In this document: positions 19,101 through 32,366 of the stretch, piece by piece
How the letters are laid out: each line of letters starts with the position of its first letter
How positions within the stretch are numbered: position 1 is the first letter of the stretch
The notes under the pieces: model-generated
The model's database searches: none
What the model saw: only the letters and a program-made list of their open reading frames with translations
What the model was told of the DNA's origin: nothing
NCBI RefSeq assembly: GCF_055900595.2
Contig: NZ_CM148325.1
Reading direction: 5' to 3' (one strand)
DNA length: 64,000 bases
Made by a program: the position numbers and the translations under genes

Positions 19101-21236
19101 ATGAAATCAATGAATATTGCCGCCAGTAGTGAACTGGTATCCCGACTTTCTACTCATCGCCGCGTGGTGGCGTTGGGAGATACTGATTTTACGGACGTCG
19201 CGGCAGTCGTCATTACCGCTGCGGATAGTCGCAGTGGCATTCTTGCATTGCTTAAGCGCACCGGTTTTCATCTACCGGTGTTTTTGTATTCCGAACATGC
19301 TGTTGAATTACCTGCGGGCGTTACGGCGGTAATCAACGGCAACGAGCAGCAGTGGCTGGAGCTGGAATCCGCAGCCTGTCAGTATGAAGAGAATTTGCTG
19401 CCACCGTTTTATGACACGCTGACGCAGTACGTTGAGATGGGTAATAGCACCTTTGCTTGCCCTGGACATCAACATGGTGCGTTCTTTAAAAAGCATCCTG
19501 CCGGACGCCATTTTTACGATTTCTTTGGCGAGAACATCTTTCGCGCCGATATGTGTAACGCTGACGTAAAATTGGGCGATCTGCTTATTCATGAAGGATC
19601 GGCGAAAGATGCGCAGAAATTTGCAGCCAAAGTCTTTCATGCCGATAAAACCTATTTTGTGCTGAACGGCACATCGGCAGCGAATAAAGTGGTGACGAAT
19701 GCGCTGTTAACGCGTGGCGATCTGGTGCTCTTCGACCGTAACAACCATAAGTCGAATCATCATGGCGCGTTGATTCAGGCGGGGGCGACACCGGTCTATC
19801 TGGAAGCTTCACGTAACCCGTTTGGTTTCATTGGCGGTATTGATGCGCACTGTTTTAATGAAGAGTATCTGCGCCAGCAAATTCGCGACGTTGCGCCAGA
19901 AAAAGCCGACCTGCCGCGCCCGTTTCGCCTGGCGATTATTCAGCTGGGAACCTATGACGGCACTGTCTATAACGCCCGTCAGGTGATCGATACCGTTGGG
20001 CATCTGTGTGATTACATTCTGTTTGATTCCGCGTGGGTCGGTTACGAACAGTTTATCCCGATGATGGCGGATAGCTCGCCGCTGCTGTTAGAACTTAACG
20101 AAAACGATCCGGGGATCTTTGTGACTCAGTCGGTGCACAAACAGCAGGCGGGATTCTCACAGACGTCGCAGATCCATAAAAAAGATAACCATATCCGTGG
20201 ACAGGCGCGTTTTTGCCCGCATAAGCGGTTGAATAATGCCTTTATGCTCCATGCTTCTACCAGCCCGTTCTATCCGCTGTTCGCCGCCCTGGACGTTAAC
20301 GCCAAAATTCATGAAGGGGAGAGTGGGCGTCGGCTGTGGGCTGAGTGCGTTGAGTTGGGTATTGAGTCGCGCAAGGCTATTCTTGCGCGCTGTAAGCTGT
20401 TCCGCCCGTTTATCCCGCCCGTTGTTGATGGCAAATTGTGGCAGGATTATCCGACGTCAGTGTTAGCCAGCGACCGCCGTTTTTTCAGTTTTGAGCCGGG
20501 GGCGAATTGGCACGGCTTTGAAGGATATGCCGCGGATCAGTATTTTGTTGATCCGTGCAAGCTGTTACTCACCACGCCGGGTATCGATGCCGAAACCGGC
20601 GAATATAGCGACTTTGGCGTTCCGGCGACGATTCTGGCGCACTACCTGCGTGAGAACGGCATTGTGCCGGAGAAGTGCGATCTCAACTCCATTCTGTTCT
20701 TATTAACTCCGGCGGAAAGCCACGAGAAGCTGGCACAACTGGTGGCGATGCTGGCGCAGTTTGAACAGCATATTGAGGATGATTCGCCGCTGGCTGAGGT
20801 GTTGCCGAGCGTTTATAACAAATATCCGGTGCGCTATCGCGACTACACCCTGCGCCAGTTGTGTCAGGAGATGCACGATTTGTATGTCAGTTTCGACGTC
20901 AAAGACCTACAAAAAGCGATGTTCCGCCAGCAGAGTTTCCCGTCAGTGGTGATGAATCCCCAGGATGCGCATAGCGCTTATATTCGCGGTGAAGTGGAGT
21001 TGGTGCGGATTCGTGATGCCGAAGGGCGAATTGCGGCAGAAGGGGCGTTGCCTTATCCACCTGGCGTGCTTTGCGTGGTACCCGGGGAAGTCTGGGGTGG
21101 GGCGGTTCAACGTTATTTCCTTGCGCTGGAAGAAGGCGTGAATTTGTTGCCGGGATTTTCGCCGGAGTTGCAAGGTGTCTATAGCGAAACCGATGCGGAT
21201 GGCATGAAACGGTTGTACGGTTATGTGTTGAAGTAA
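19101..21236 (+). CDS. speC: Ornithine decarboxylase, constitutive
   Basis: 711-aa ORF matching E. coli SpeC essentially along its whole length (MKSMNIAASSELVSRL…). Confidence 0.95.
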   Translation: MKSMNIAASSELVSRLSTHRRVVALGDTDFTDVAAVVITAADSRSGILALLKRTGFHLPVFLYSEHAVELPAGVTAVINGNEQQWLELESAACQYEENLLPPFYDTLTQYVEMGNSTFACPGHQHGAFFKKHPAGRHFYDFFGENIFRADMCNADVKLGDLLIHEGSAKDAQKFAAKVFHADKTYFVLNGTSAANKVVTNALLTRGDLVLFDRNNHKSNHHGALIQAGATPVYLEASRNPFGFIGGIDAHCFNEEYLRQQIRDVAPEKADLPRPFRLAIIQLGTYDGTVYNARQVIDTVGHLCDYILFDSAWVGYEQFIPMMADSSPLLLELNENDPGIFVTQSVHKQQAGFSQTSQIHKKDNHIRGQARFCPHKRLNNAFMLHASTSPFYPLFAALDVNAKIHEGESGRRLWAECVELGIESRKAILARCKLFRPFIPPVVDGKLWQDYPTSVLASDRRFFSFEPGANWHGFEGYAADQYFVDPCKLLLTTPGIDAETGEYSDFGVPATILAHYLRENGIVPEKCDLNSILFLLTPAESHEKLAQLVAMLAQFEQHIEDDSPLAEVLPSVYNKYPVRYRDYTLRQLCQEMHDLYVSFDVKDLQKAMFRQQSFPSVVMNPQDAHSAYIRGEVELVRIRDAEGRIAAEGALPYPPGVLCVVPGEVWGGAVQRYFLALEEGVNLLPGFSPELQGVYSETDADGMKRLYGYVLK

Positions 21237-21242
21237 GAATAA

Positions 21243-21276
21243 AAAAACGGGTCACCTTCTGGCGACCCGTTTTTCT
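21243..21276. terminator. Bidirectional rho-independent terminator between convergent speC and nupG
   Basis: AAAAAAACGGGTCACC-TTCT-GGCGACCCGTTTTTC: GC-rich hairpin flanked by A-run and T-run. Confidence 0.55.
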
Positions 21277-21284
21277 TTGCGTAA

Positions 21285-22541
21285 TTAGTGGCTAACCGTC
21301 TGTGTACCTGTCGGGACACGAACGTGTTTATATTTGAACATCGCCATGAACGCGAAGGCCAGCACCACGGAGTAACCTGCGAAAATCAGCCATACGGTCT
21401 GCCAGTCGGTAGTGCCGTTTTGGGTGTACATCTCAACCACTTTACCGCTCACGATGCCGCCGAGGATACAGCCGAAGCCGTTGGTCATCATCAGGAACAT
21501 CCCCTGCGCGCTGGCGCGAATTGCCGGGCTAACTTCTTTTTCGACAAACACCGAACCAGAGATGTTGAAGAAGTCGAATGCGCAACCGTAAACGATCATC
21601 GACAGTACCAGCAGTACAGTACCGAACGGAGTCGGGTCGCCGTAAGCAAACAGAGCAAAACGCAGGATCCACGCCACAATACTGATCATCATTACGTTCT
21701 TAATACCGTAGCGGCTTAAGAAGAACGGGATGGTCAGAATGAACAGGGTTTCAGAGATCTGCGAAATCGACATGATGATTGACGCATGCTGCACGATGAA
21801 GCTGCTGGCAAACATCGGATCTTTGTCAAAGCTGTGCAGGAAGGTATTACCGAACATGTTGGTAATCTGCAGTTCCGCGCCCAGCAGCATTGAGAAGATG
21901 AAGAAGATTGCCATACGCTTGTTTTTAAACAGCGCGAATGCATCGAGGCCCAGCAGGGTTGTCCAGCTCTGATTCGCTTGCTGTTTAGCAACCGGAATAT
22001 GCGGCAGAGTCAGGGTAAACAGAACCAGAATGGCGGAAAGCGCTGCGCCAATATACAGCTGCATGTGGCTTAATTCGAAGCCGGACAGGCTCACCACCCA
22101 CATTGCCATGATAAAGCCGATGGTGCCCCAGATACGGATTGGCGGGAAGTCAGTAACGATATCCATCCCGGCATTTTGCAGGCGATAGTAAGAGATGGTG
22201 TTGATTAACCCAAGCGTTGGCATATAAGCAAACGAGTTAATCAATATCACAAGGAACATCGCCTCCGGCGTAGTGACCTCTGCCGCCATGAACAGCGTGA
22301 TAGCGCCAATGGTGTGGCAAATGGCATAGACCCATTTCGCACTTAACCATTTGTCGGCCACAATCCCCAGCAGCGCAGGCATAAAGACCGCGGCGATACC
22401 CAGTGAGCTATAAACTGCGCCGATAGAAGCACCGTCAAACTTCAGGGTAACAAACATATAGGAGCCGAGGGTCGTCAGCCAACTTCCCCACAGACAGAAC
22501 TGCAGAAAAGAGAGGATTTTCAGCTGCAGCTTAAGATTCAT
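21285..22541 (-). CDS. nupG: Nucleoside:H+ symporter
   Basis: Start set at MNLKLQLKILSFLQF (418 aa) by agreement with E. coli NupG. Confidence 0.9.
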   Translation of the reverse strand: MNLKLQLKILSFLQFCLWGSWLTTLGSYMFVTLKFDGASIGAVYSSLGIAAVFMPALLGIVADKWLSAKWVYAICHTIGAITLFMAAEVTTPEAMFLVILINSFAYMPTLGLINTISYYRLQNAGMDIVTDFPPIRIWGTIGFIMAMWVVSLSGFELSHMQLYIGAALSAILVLFTLTLPHIPVAKQQANQSWTTLLGLDAFALFKNKRMAIFFIFSMLLGAELQITNMFGNTFLHSFDKDPMFASSFIVQHASIIMSISQISETLFILTIPFFLSRYGIKNVMMISIVAWILRFALFAYGDPTPFGTVLLVLSMIVYGCAFDFFNISGSVFVEKEVSPAIRASAQGMFLMMTNGFGCILGGIVSGKVVEMYTQNGTTDWQTVWLIFAGYSVVLAFAFMAMFKYKHVRVPTGTQTVSH

Positions 22542-22742
22542 GTTAATTTCCTCACATCGTGATGCGGATGAGTGTTTGAAAAAGCACATTTGACCGTGCG
22601 AGATGATGCGATTCTATCAACTTCGCGGACTGGTTTTTTGTTACCTGTGGCAAATAATTGCAAACATTCCCAATTTGCAAAACGAAATTGTGATGTAGAT
22701 AACATTTTTACCCCTGAGCATCGTCAGGGGCGGTTAGTGGAA

Positions 22743-23849
<1,107 letters not shown>

Positions 23850-23886
23850 TTATGCAAGTTGCCGGAGGCGTGCTCCGGCACTGTTT

Positions 23887-24165
<279 letters not shown>

Positions 24166-24189
24166 TCATCCTCTTTATCGACTCACGCG

Positions 24190-25242
24190 CTAAACCGGCG
24201 CGCCAGTGCGTAACTGCTGTAACAAACGCTCCACGGGAGCCGCCAGGCCAACTGACGGCGGTTGCGCTAAGTTATACCAGAGCGCATTGTCTTCATCCAT
24301 GCAGCCGGTGAATGACGACACGGGAAGCCACATAGGCACAATATCTAAGTGGAAATGGCTGAAGGTATGCCGAAACGCGGTCAGCTGCGTCAGGTTATCG
24401 GCAGCAATCTGTCGTTGCGCCAGCCACTGCCGCAAACTTTCTTCATCGGCAAACTGCGGGAAACAGTATAAACCGCCCCACAATCCGCTCGGCGGACGCT
24501 GCGCCAGCAATACTTCATCTTCGTGCTGTAACAGCAAAAAGTAGCCGGTGCGCTCTGGCAGCGTCTGTTTCGGTTTTTTGCCCGGATAAAGCGACCAGCT
24601 ATTGTTGGCGGCGGCAATACATCCGTTTTGTAGCGGACAGAGCGAGCATTTCGGCTTAGAGCGCGTACAAATCATCGCGCCCAAATCCATCATCGCCTGG
24701 TTAAACCGTTCCACGCCAACCGCGGGCGTCACCTGCTCGCTCAAACTCCATAGTTTATTCTCGACCTCTTTTTTCCCGGGCCAGCCGCTTACAGCATAGC
24801 AGCGCGCCAGCACGCGTTTGACGTTACCGTCGAGAATCGGAAAGTGCTTACCCAGAGAAAGCGAGAGAATCGCGCCTGCGGTGGAACGCCCGACGCCCGG
24901 CAGTGCTGCAACTTCCTCAAAGGTTTCCGGGAATTTACCGCCGTGTAAGGCCGCCACTTGTTGTGCCGCTTTATGCAGATTGCGCGCTCGGGCGTAATAG
25001 CCAAGCCCGGTCCACAAGTGGAGAACTTCGTCGAGCGGCGCATTGGCGAGATCGGTCACCGTTGGGAAGCGCACCATAAAGCGTTCAAAATAGGGGATAA
25101 CGGTCGCAACCTGAGTTTGTTGCAACATCACTTCTGAGAGCCATACTTTGTAGGGCGTCTTGTCAATTTGCCAGGGCAGCGTTTTCCGCCCGTATTTATC
25201 GTACCAGTCCAGAACCTGGGCTGAAAATTGCGACGCTTGCAT
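24190..25242 (-). CDS. mutY: Adenine DNA glycosylase
   Basis: Start set at [20 protein letters not shown] (350 aa); HhH-GPD and [4Fe-4S] cysteine motif ([17 protein letters not shown]). Confidence 0.9.
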   Translation of the reverse strand: MQASQFSAQVLDWYDKYGRKTLPWQIDKTPYKVWLSEVMLQQTQVATVIPYFERFMVRFPTVTDLANAPLDEVLHLWTGLGYYARARNLHKAAQQVAALHGGKFPETFEEVAALPGVGRSTAGAILSLSLGKHFPILDGNVKRVLARCYAVSGWPGKKEVENKLWSLSEQVTPAVGVERFNQAMMDLGAMICTRSKPKCSLCPLQNGCIAAANNSWSLYPGKKPKQTLPERTGYFLLLQHEDEVLLAQRPPSGLWGGLYCFPQFADEESLRQWLAQRQIAADNLTQLTAFRHTFSHFHLDIVPMWLPVSSFTGCMDEDNALWYNLAQPPSVGLAAPVERLLQQLRTGAPV

Positions 25243-25402
25243 GGTCACCGAATTCACTGTTGTTGGGGGCAAGATTGCAGCACAGCGACGGCAGGGTGTA
25301 AACCGGAACTTTCCGCAGCCACGGCCTTATCATGCTTGCATCCGGCAACTAACTTTGGATAATGCCCGTTTTCAGAACACTTTCACAAGCGACTAAATCT
25401 TT

Positions 25403-26122
25403 ATGAAAAACGACGTCATCTCACCGGAATTTGATGAAAACGGCCGCCCGCTGCGCCGTATCCGTAGTTTTGTGCGCCGCCAGGGGCGACTGACCAAAGG
25501 CCAGGAACATGCGCTGGAAAACTACTGGCCGGTGATGGGCGTTGAGTTCAGCGAAGATATGCTGGATTTCCCTGCGCTTTTTGGCCGTGAAGCGCCGGTG
25601 ACGCTTGAGATTGGTTTTGGCATGGGCGCGTCGTTGGTGGCAATGGCTAAAGATCGCCCCGAGCAGGACTTCCTCGGCATTGAAGTGCATTCACCGGGCG
25701 TTGGTGCGTGCCTGTCTTCTGCGCATGAAGAGGGCTTAAGCAACCTGCGCGTGATGTGTCACGATGCGGTTGAAGTGCTGCATAAAATGATTCCTGACAA
25801 TTCATTGCGCATGGTGCAGCTCTTTTTCCCTGACCCGTGGCACAAAGCGCGCCATAATAAACGCCGTATCGTTCAGGTGCCGTTTGCCGAGCTGGTAAAA
25901 AGCAAACTGCAGCTGGGGGGCATATTCCATATGGCGACCGACTGGGAACCTTATGCGGAACATATGCTTGAAGTGATGTCTTCTATTGACGGTTATAAAA
26001 ACCTGTCAGAGAGCAATGATTACGTACCGCGTCCGGCATCACGTCCGGTGACGAAATTTGAACAACGTGGTCATCGTCTTGGTCACGGAGTATGGGACTT
26101 AATGTTCGAGAGGGTGAAATAA
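25403..26122 (+). CDS. trmB: tRNA (guanine46-N7)-methyltransferase
   Basis: 239-aa ORF matching E. coli TrmB ([34 protein letters not shown]…). Confidence 0.9.
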   Translation: MKNDVISPEFDENGRPLRRIRSFVRRQGRLTKGQEHALENYWPVMGVEFSEDMLDFPALFGREAPVTLEIGFGMGASLVAMAKDRPEQDFLGIEVHSPGVGACLSSAHEEGLSNLRVMCHDAVEVLHKMIPDNSLRMVQLFFPDPWHKARHNKRRIVQVPFAELVKSKLQLGGIFHMATDWEPYAEHMLEVMSSIDGYKNLSESNDYVPRPASRPVTKFEQRGHRLGHGVWDLMFERVK

Positions 26123-26448
26123 TGGCAAAGAACCGTAGCCGTCGTCTGCGTAAAAAAATGCACATCGACGAATTCCAGGAATTAGGATTTTCGGTGGCAT
26201 GGCGATTCCCGGAAGGTACATCGGAAGAACAGATTGATAAAACCGTTGATGACTTTATTAACGAGGTTATCGAACCGAACAAACTGGCCTTTGACGGCAG
26301 CGGTTATCTGGCCTGGGAAGGTCTGATCTGCATGCAGGAAATCGGCAAATGCACCGAAGAACATCAGGCGATTGTGCGTAAGTGGCTGGAAGAACGCAAA
26401 CTGGAAGAGGTACGCACCAGCGAACTTTTCGACGTTTGGTGGGACTAA
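26122..26448 (+). CDS. yggL: DUF469 protein
   Basis: Start set at [19 protein letters not shown] (108 aa); start overlaps the trmB stop. Confidence 0.85.
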   Translation: MAKNRSRRLRKKMHIDEFQELGFSVAWRFPEGTSEEQIDKTVDDFINEVIEPNKLAFDGSGYLAWEGLICMQEIGKCTEEHQAIVRKWLEERKLEEVRTSELFDVWWD

Positions 26449-26480
26449 GAAAGCATACGGGCGATGACAAATGCAAAACT

Positions 26481-26561
<81 letters not shown>

Positions 26562-26631
26562 GGAAAACGCGCACTTTGTTATCAATCTGGGGCCAGCAAA
26601 TGCTGGCCTGATTTGTTCTTGAGGGAAGACT

Positions 26632-27351
26632 ATGATGCGCAAAATGCTGCTGGCGGCAGCACTTTCAGTGACGGCAATGACCGCTCACGCCGACTACCAG
26701 TGCAGCGTCACGCCGCGTGACGATGTGATTGTCAGCCCGCAAACCGTGCAGGTGAAGGGCGAAAACGGCAATCTGGTGATCACGCCAGACGGCAACGTGA
26801 TGTATAACGGTAAGCAATATTCCCTGAATGCCGCCCAGCGCGAGCAGGCGAAGGATTATCAGGCTGAACTACGTAGCACCCTGCCGTGGATTGATGAAGG
26901 CGCGAAAAGCCGCGTCGAGAAAGCTCGTATTGCGCTGGATAAAATTATCGTTCAGGAGATGGGCGAAAGCAGCAAAATGCGCAGCCGTCTGACCAAACTT
27001 GATGCGCAGCTGAAAGAGCAGATGAACCGCATTATCGAAACGCGCAGCGATGGCCTGACGTTTCACTATAAAGCCATTGATCAGGTTCGTGCCGAAGGCC
27101 AGCAATTAGTGAATCAGGCAATGGGCGGAATTTTACAGGACAGCATTAATGAAATGGGCGCGAAAGCGGTGCTGAAAAGCGGCGGTAACCCATTACAGAA
27201 CGTGCTGGGAAGCCTGGGCGGCCTGCAATCCTCAATCCAAACCGAGTGGAAAAAGCAGGAAAAAGATTTCCAGCAGTTTGGCAAAGATGTTTGTAGCCGC
27301 GTTGTGACTCTGGAAGATAGCCGCAAAGCCCTGGTCGGGAATTTAAAATAA
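26632..27351 (+). CDS. yggN: DUF2884 periplasmic protein
   Basis: 239-aa ORF with signal peptide MMRKMLLAAALSVTAMTAHA; matches E. coli YggN. Confidence 0.85.
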   Translation: MMRKMLLAAALSVTAMTAHADYQCSVTPRDDVIVSPQTVQVKGENGNLVITPDGNVMYNGKQYSLNAAQREQAKDYQAELRSTLPWIDEGAKSRVEKARIALDKIIVQEMGESSKMRSRLTKLDAQLKEQMNRIIETRSDGLTFHYKAIDQVRAEGQQLVNQAMGGILQDSINEMGAKAVLKSGGNPLQNVLGSLGGLQSSIQTEWKKQEKDFQQFGKDVCSRVVTLEDSRKALVGNLK

Positions 27352-27526
27352 TCCTCTATTTTAAGACGGCATAATACTTTTTTATGCCGTTTAATTCTTC
27401 GTTTTGTTACCTGCCTCTAACTTTGTAGATCTCCAAAATATATTCACGTTGTAAATTGTTTAACGTCAAATTTCCCATGCAAAGCTAAGGGATAATGCGT
27501 AGCGTTCACGTAACTGGAGGAATGAA

Positions 27527-28573
27527 ATGGAGTTTTTCAAAAAGACGGCACTTGCCGCACTGGTTATGGGTTTTAGTGGTGCAGCATTGGCATTACCCAA
27601 TATCACCATTTTAGCAACCGGCGGGACCATTGCCGGTGGTGGTGACTCCGCAACCAAATCTAACTACACAGCGGGTAAAGTTGGCGTAGAAAATCTGGTT
27701 AATGCGGTGCCGCAACTGAAGGACATTGCGAACGTTAAAGGCGAGCAGGTAGTGAATATTGGCTCCCAGGACATGAACGATGATGTCTGGCTGACACTGG
27801 CGAAAAAAATTAACACCGACTGCGATAAAACTGACGGCTTCGTCATTACCCACGGTACCGACACGATGGAAGAAACCGCTTACTTCCTCGACCTGACGGT
27901 GAAATGCGACAAACCGGTGGTGATGGTCGGTGCAATGCGCCCGTCCACGTCTATGAGCGCAGACGGTCCATTCAACCTGTATAACGCGGTAGTGACCGCA
28001 GCTGATAAAGCCTCCGCTAATCGTGGCGTACTGGTAGTGATGAACGACACCGTGCTTGATGGCCGTGATGTCACCAAAACCAACACCACCGATGTAGCGA
28101 CCTTCAAGTCTGTTAACTACGGTCCTCTGGGTTACATTCACAACGGTAAGATTGACTACCAACGTACCCCGGCACGTAAGCACACCAGCGACACGCCGTT
28201 CGATGTCTCTAAGCTGAATGAACTGCCGAAAGTCGGCATTGTTTATAACTACGCTAACGCATCCGATCTTCCGGCTAAAGCACTGGTAGATGCGGGCTAT
28301 GATGGCATCGTTAGCGCTGGCGTGGGTAACGGCAACCTGTATAAAACCGTATTTGACACCCTTGCAACCGCTGCGAAAAACGGCACTGCAGTAGTGCGTT
28401 CTTCCCGCGTACCGACGGGCGCTACCACTCAGGATGCCGAAGTGGATGATGCGAAATACGGCTTCGTCGCCTCCGGCATGTTGAACCCGCAAAAAGCGCG
28501 CGTTCTGCTGCAACTGGCTCTGACGCAAACTAAAGATCCGCAGCAGATCCAGCAGATCTTCAATCAGTACTAA
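27527..28573 (+). CDS. ansB: L-asparaginase II (periplasmic)
   Basis: 348-aa ORF with signal peptide and asparaginase motifs (ATGGTIAG, HGTDTMEETA); matches E. coli AnsB. Confidence 0.95.
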   Translation: MEFFKKTALAALVMGFSGAALALPNITILATGGTIAGGGDSATKSNYTAGKVGVENLVNAVPQLKDIANVKGEQVVNIGSQDMNDDVWLTLAKKINTDCDKTDGFVITHGTDTMEETAYFLDLTVKCDKPVVMVGAMRPSTSMSADGPFNLYNAVVTAADKASANRGVLVVMNDTVLDGRDVTKTNTTDVATFKSVNYGPLGYIHNGKIDYQRTPARKHTSDTPFDVSKLNELPKVGIVYNYANASDLPAKALVDAGYDGIVSAGVGNGNLYKTVFDTLATAAKNGTAVVRSSRVPTGATTQDAEVDDAKYGFVASGMLNPQKARVLLQLALTQTKDPQQIQQIFNQY

Positions 28574-28689
28574 TCACTTCGCCCCGGTATCGCGCCGGGG
28601 CTTATTCACTTCAGACTCACGTCCATTGCCAATTTTTATTACCCTAATGATAATCACCGGAATAAATTATTCCGCGCGAGGGTTTTCGG

Positions 28690-29697
28690 GTGAAAAAGCA
28701 ATGGATTGTTGGTACGGCGCTGTTTATGTTGATGACTGGTAATGTCTGGGCAGATGGTGAACCGCCAACTGAAAATATCTTAAAAGATCAATTCAAAAAG
28801 CAGTATCACGGCATTCTCAAGCTTGATGTCATCACCTTAAAAAATCTTGATGCTAAGGGTAATCAGGCCACCTGGTCAGCGGAAGGCGATGTCTCTTCCA
28901 GTGACGATCTCTATACCTGGGTCGGTCAGTTGGCAGATTACGAGCTGCTCGAACAGACCTGGACGAAAGATAAACCGGTGAAATTCTCGGCGATGTTAAC
29001 CAGTAAAGGAACGCCCGCGTCTGGCTGGTCGGTGAACTTTTACTCTTTTCAGGCGGCAGCCAGCGATCGTGGGCGGGTGGTTGACGATATCAAAACGAAT
29101 AATAAATATCTGATCGTGAATAGCGAAGATTTCAATTATCGCTTTAGTCAGCTTGAGTCTGCGTTGAATAACCAGAATAACTCGATTCCTGCACTGAAAA
29201 AGGATGTAAAAGCGCTTGATAAGCAAATGGTGGCGGCGCAGAAAGCAGCGGATGCATATTGGGGAAAAGATGCAAACGGTAAGCAAATGACCCGCGAAGA
29301 CGCCTTTAAAAAAATTCACCAACAGCGTGATGATTTTAATAAACAGAACGATAGTGAGGCGTTCGCGGTTAAATATGACAAAGAGGTTTATCAACCGGCG
29401 ATTGCGGCATGTCATAAACAGAGTGAAGAGTGTTATGAAGTGCCAATTCAGCAGAAACGAGATTTTGATATCAACGAACAACGGCGACAGACTTTTCTGC
29501 AATCACAAAAACTTAGCCGTAAATTGCAGGATGACTGGATAACGCTCGAAAAAGGGCAATATCCGTTAACGATGAAAGTTTCAGAAATAAACAGTAAAAA
29601 AGTCGCGATTTTGATGAAAATTGACGATATCAACCAGGCTAATGAACGCTGGAAAAAAGATACCGAACAACTGCGGCGCAATGGGGTGATTAAGTAA
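28690..29697 (+). CDS. yggM: DUF1202 family protein (GTG start)
   Basis: 335-aa ORF with signal peptide; matches E. coli YggM in sequence and position. Confidence 0.85.
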   Translation: MKKQWIVGTALFMLMTGNVWADGEPPTENILKDQFKKQYHGILKLDVITLKNLDAKGNQATWSAEGDVSSSDDLYTWVGQLADYELLEQTWTKDKPVKFSAMLTSKGTPASGWSVNFYSFQAAASDRGRVVDDIKTNNKYLIVNSEDFNYRFSQLESALNNQNNSIPALKKDVKALDKQMVAAQKAADAYWGKDANGKQMTREDAFKKIHQQRDDFNKQNDSEAFAVKYDKEVYQPAIAACHKQSEECYEVPIQQKRDFDINEQRRQTFLQSQKLSRKLQDDWITLEKGQYPLTMKVSEINSKKVAILMKIDDINQANERWKKDTEQLRRNGVIK

Positions 29698-29721
29698 TTT
29701 TTGCGATGACGCATGAGTTGT

Positions 29722-29757
29722 TGCCGGATGCTGCGTACACGCACGCCGCATCCGGCA
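29722..29757. repeat. REP palindromic element
   Basis: TGCCGGATGCTGCGTACACGCACGCCGCATCCGGCA between convergent yggM and hemW. Confidence 0.5.
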
Positions 29758-29765
29758 ATACAAAT

Positions 29766-30902
29766 TTACTCAGCCAGAAAAAGCTCCAGCAGCGAATTTA
29801 AAAACAACTTCCCATGTTCCGTTATCTGCCAGTAATCCGCACATTCTGTGAGATAACCCTGAGCAATAGCCTCGTCTAACTGAGGGCGAATAACCTCTTC
29901 TGAAAGGCCAGTATACTGGCTAAACTCCACGCGCGGCGCGGCTTCCAGCAAACGGAAGCGATTCATAAAGAACTCAAACGGCTTATCTGCGGCTTCGACA
30001 TCACGCTGGCTTTCCAGATACCGCCCCTGCATAAAACCACGCGGATGACGCGTTTTGGTGGTACGCAGAATGCGCCCATCCAGGAAGGTCACTTTGCCAT
30101 GCGCGCCGCAGCCAATACCGATGTAGTCACCAAAGCGCCAGTAGTTGAGATTGTGCTGGCACTGATAACCGGGTTTGGCGTAAGCGGAGGTTTCATATTG
30201 CTGATAACCCGCTGCGGTTAATAACTGATGCCCCTGTTCGAAAATGTCCCACAGCGCGTCATCGTCCGGCAGTACAGGAGGGCGCGAGCCAAACAGCGTA
30301 TTGGGTTCGATGGTCAGTTGATACCAGGAAAGATGCGGCGGATTCAGTTCAATAGCCTGGCGTAGATCGCCAAGCGCCTCTTCCAGTGATTGATCCGGTA
30401 GCCCATGCATCAAATCGAGGTTAAAGCTACGTAACCCTAAACCGCTCGCCAGATTTGCCGCTCGTTTCGCTTCTTGCGGGCCATGAATGCGCCCAAGTCG
30501 TTTCAGCTTTTCTTCGCTAAAACTCTGTACGCCAATGGAGATGCGGTTCACACCAGCACGCTGATAATCAACAAAGCGATCGGCTTCAACCGTACCAGGA
30601 TTCGCTTCCATCGTAATTTCTGCATCCGCTGCCAGCGGCAAACGCGCACGTATGCCGTCCAGCAGCGTTTGCATCGCCGGGCCGGAAAGCAGGCTCGGCG
30701 TACCACCGCCAATAAAGATTGTCTTTACTTCACGGCCCTGAGCGTAAGCCACATCGTTGTTCAGATCGTTAAGCAGATGCTGAACATAATCGTCGTGCGG
30801 CACTTCTCCTTTCAACGCGTGAGAGTTGAAATCGCAGTACGGGCATTTCTGCACGCACCACGGGATGTGAATGTAGAGACTCAGCGGCGGTAATTTAACC
30901 AT
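29766..30902 (-). CDS. hemW: Radical-SAM heme chaperone HemW (YggW)
   Basis: 378-aa ORF with radical-SAM CxxxCxxC motif ([10 protein letters not shown]); matches E. coli YggW/HemW. Confidence 0.9.
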
Positions 30903-31488
30903 TACGTAAAGCGTCCAGCAGCAGTTTCAACGCCTGACCACGGTGGGAAATGGCGCTCTTTTCTTCGCGGGTCAGTTCGGCAGCAGTTTTCCCTTCGGAA
31001 GGTACGAAGAAGATTGGATCATAACCAAAGCCACCAGTGCCCGCTGGTTCACGAGTAATCACGCCCGGCCAGCTGCCGTGGCACACCAGCGGAGTGGGAT
31101 CTTCCGCGTGACGCAGATATACCAGCACGCAGTGGAAACGCGCCTGACGTTGGTCGTCCGGTACGTCTTTCATTGTTTCCAGCAGTTTTTGCAGATTCTT
31201 TTGATCGGTCGCGTCTTCACCGGAATAACGCGCGGAGTAAATACCCGGCGCGCCACCCAGCGCATCTACCGCCAGACCGGAGTCGTCGGCAATTGCCGGT
31301 AAACCGGTCACTTTTGCCGCATGGCGCGCTTTCAGAATCGCGTTTTCGATAAAGGTCAGGCCGGTTTCTTCAGCGGAATCTACGCCGAGGTCTGTTTGGG
31401 CCACGATATCAAGACCGAAGTCGCTAAGCAGCGACGCCAGCTCACGCACTTTACCGGCATTGCCGGTTGCGAGGACAACTTTTTGCAT
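30895..31488 (-). CDS. rdgB: dITP/XTP pyrophosphatase
   Basis: 197-aa [24 protein letters not shown]… matching E. coli RdgB. Confidence 0.9.
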
Positions 31489-31495
31489 AGGATAC

Positions 31496-31786
31496 CTAAT
31501 TAATTAACGCCGCGATTTCTGGCGGGATTTGTTGCGGATTAATGATTTTAATTTGTTTGTGGCGGCCAAGTTCGCCTTTTTCAATCACCACCTGGCTTTT
31601 GGCAACCCGGAATTGCTTACCGAGAAACTTCACCAGATGGCTGTTGGCCTGGCCGTCAACCGGCGGCGCGGTAATGGCGACTTTTACCTCGTCGCCATGT
31701 AAACCGACAATAGAATCACGGCTGGCTTTCGGCTGAATATAGAGCCGTAAAACCAGACCGTCATCATTAACTGTTACGGCACTCAT
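31496..31786 (-). CDS. yggU: UPF0235 (DUF167) protein
   Basis: Start set at [16 protein letters not shown] (96 aa) by agreement with E. coli YggU. Confidence 0.85.
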
Positions 31787-32349
31787 AACGCCATCCACAG
31801 CCCCGGCAGCAGCATATTTCCGGTCGCCTGCAAGACTTCTGCGACACCCATATTGATGACATACAGCAGCAGAACGAGGATCATCGGCGAGAAATCAATC
31901 CCACCCATTGCCGGTAGCAAGCGGCGAATCGGGCGCAGCAGCGGATCGGCCAGCTGAATCAGCACGTATTCAATCGGGCTACGACCCTGGCTTACCCAGC
32001 TCATAATCGCCATCACCAGCAGGACCCAGAAAATCAGCAGGCCGATGGTTTTCAGCAGAATCAATAAACCGGCAATCCAAATGATTGGCAGGAAGGTCAC
32101 CACTTTAAACAGCACGATGGCTTTAATGAAACTGAGAATATAGGCAACCAGCAGCGAGGCGCTATCAATGGGGCCCATTGCCGGAATAACGCGGCGCAGT
32201 GGCCCGATAATCGGCTGCGTTACCTTCACTACAAACTGTGAGAAGGGGTTGTAAAAATCACAATGAGCCCACTGCATCCAGATGCGTAATAACAGCACCA
32301 TGGTATACAGCTCAATGACCGTTGAAAGCAGGAAAGTCAACGTATTCAT
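31783..32349 (-). CDS. yggT: YGGT-family inner-membrane protein
   Basis: 188-aa membrane ORF matching E. coli YggT; overlaps the yggU start by 4 nt. Confidence 0.85.
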
Positions 32350-32366
32350 GGCGTTCCTTTAATTCC

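Noticed and set aside
27611-28528. 305-aa antisense ORF inside ansB, and similar long antisense ORFs inside mltC (23253-23909), pgk (58197-58895) and fbaA (59497-60471)
   Set aside because: All are fully contained within confidently assigned genes on the other strand and have no start context or recognisable domains.
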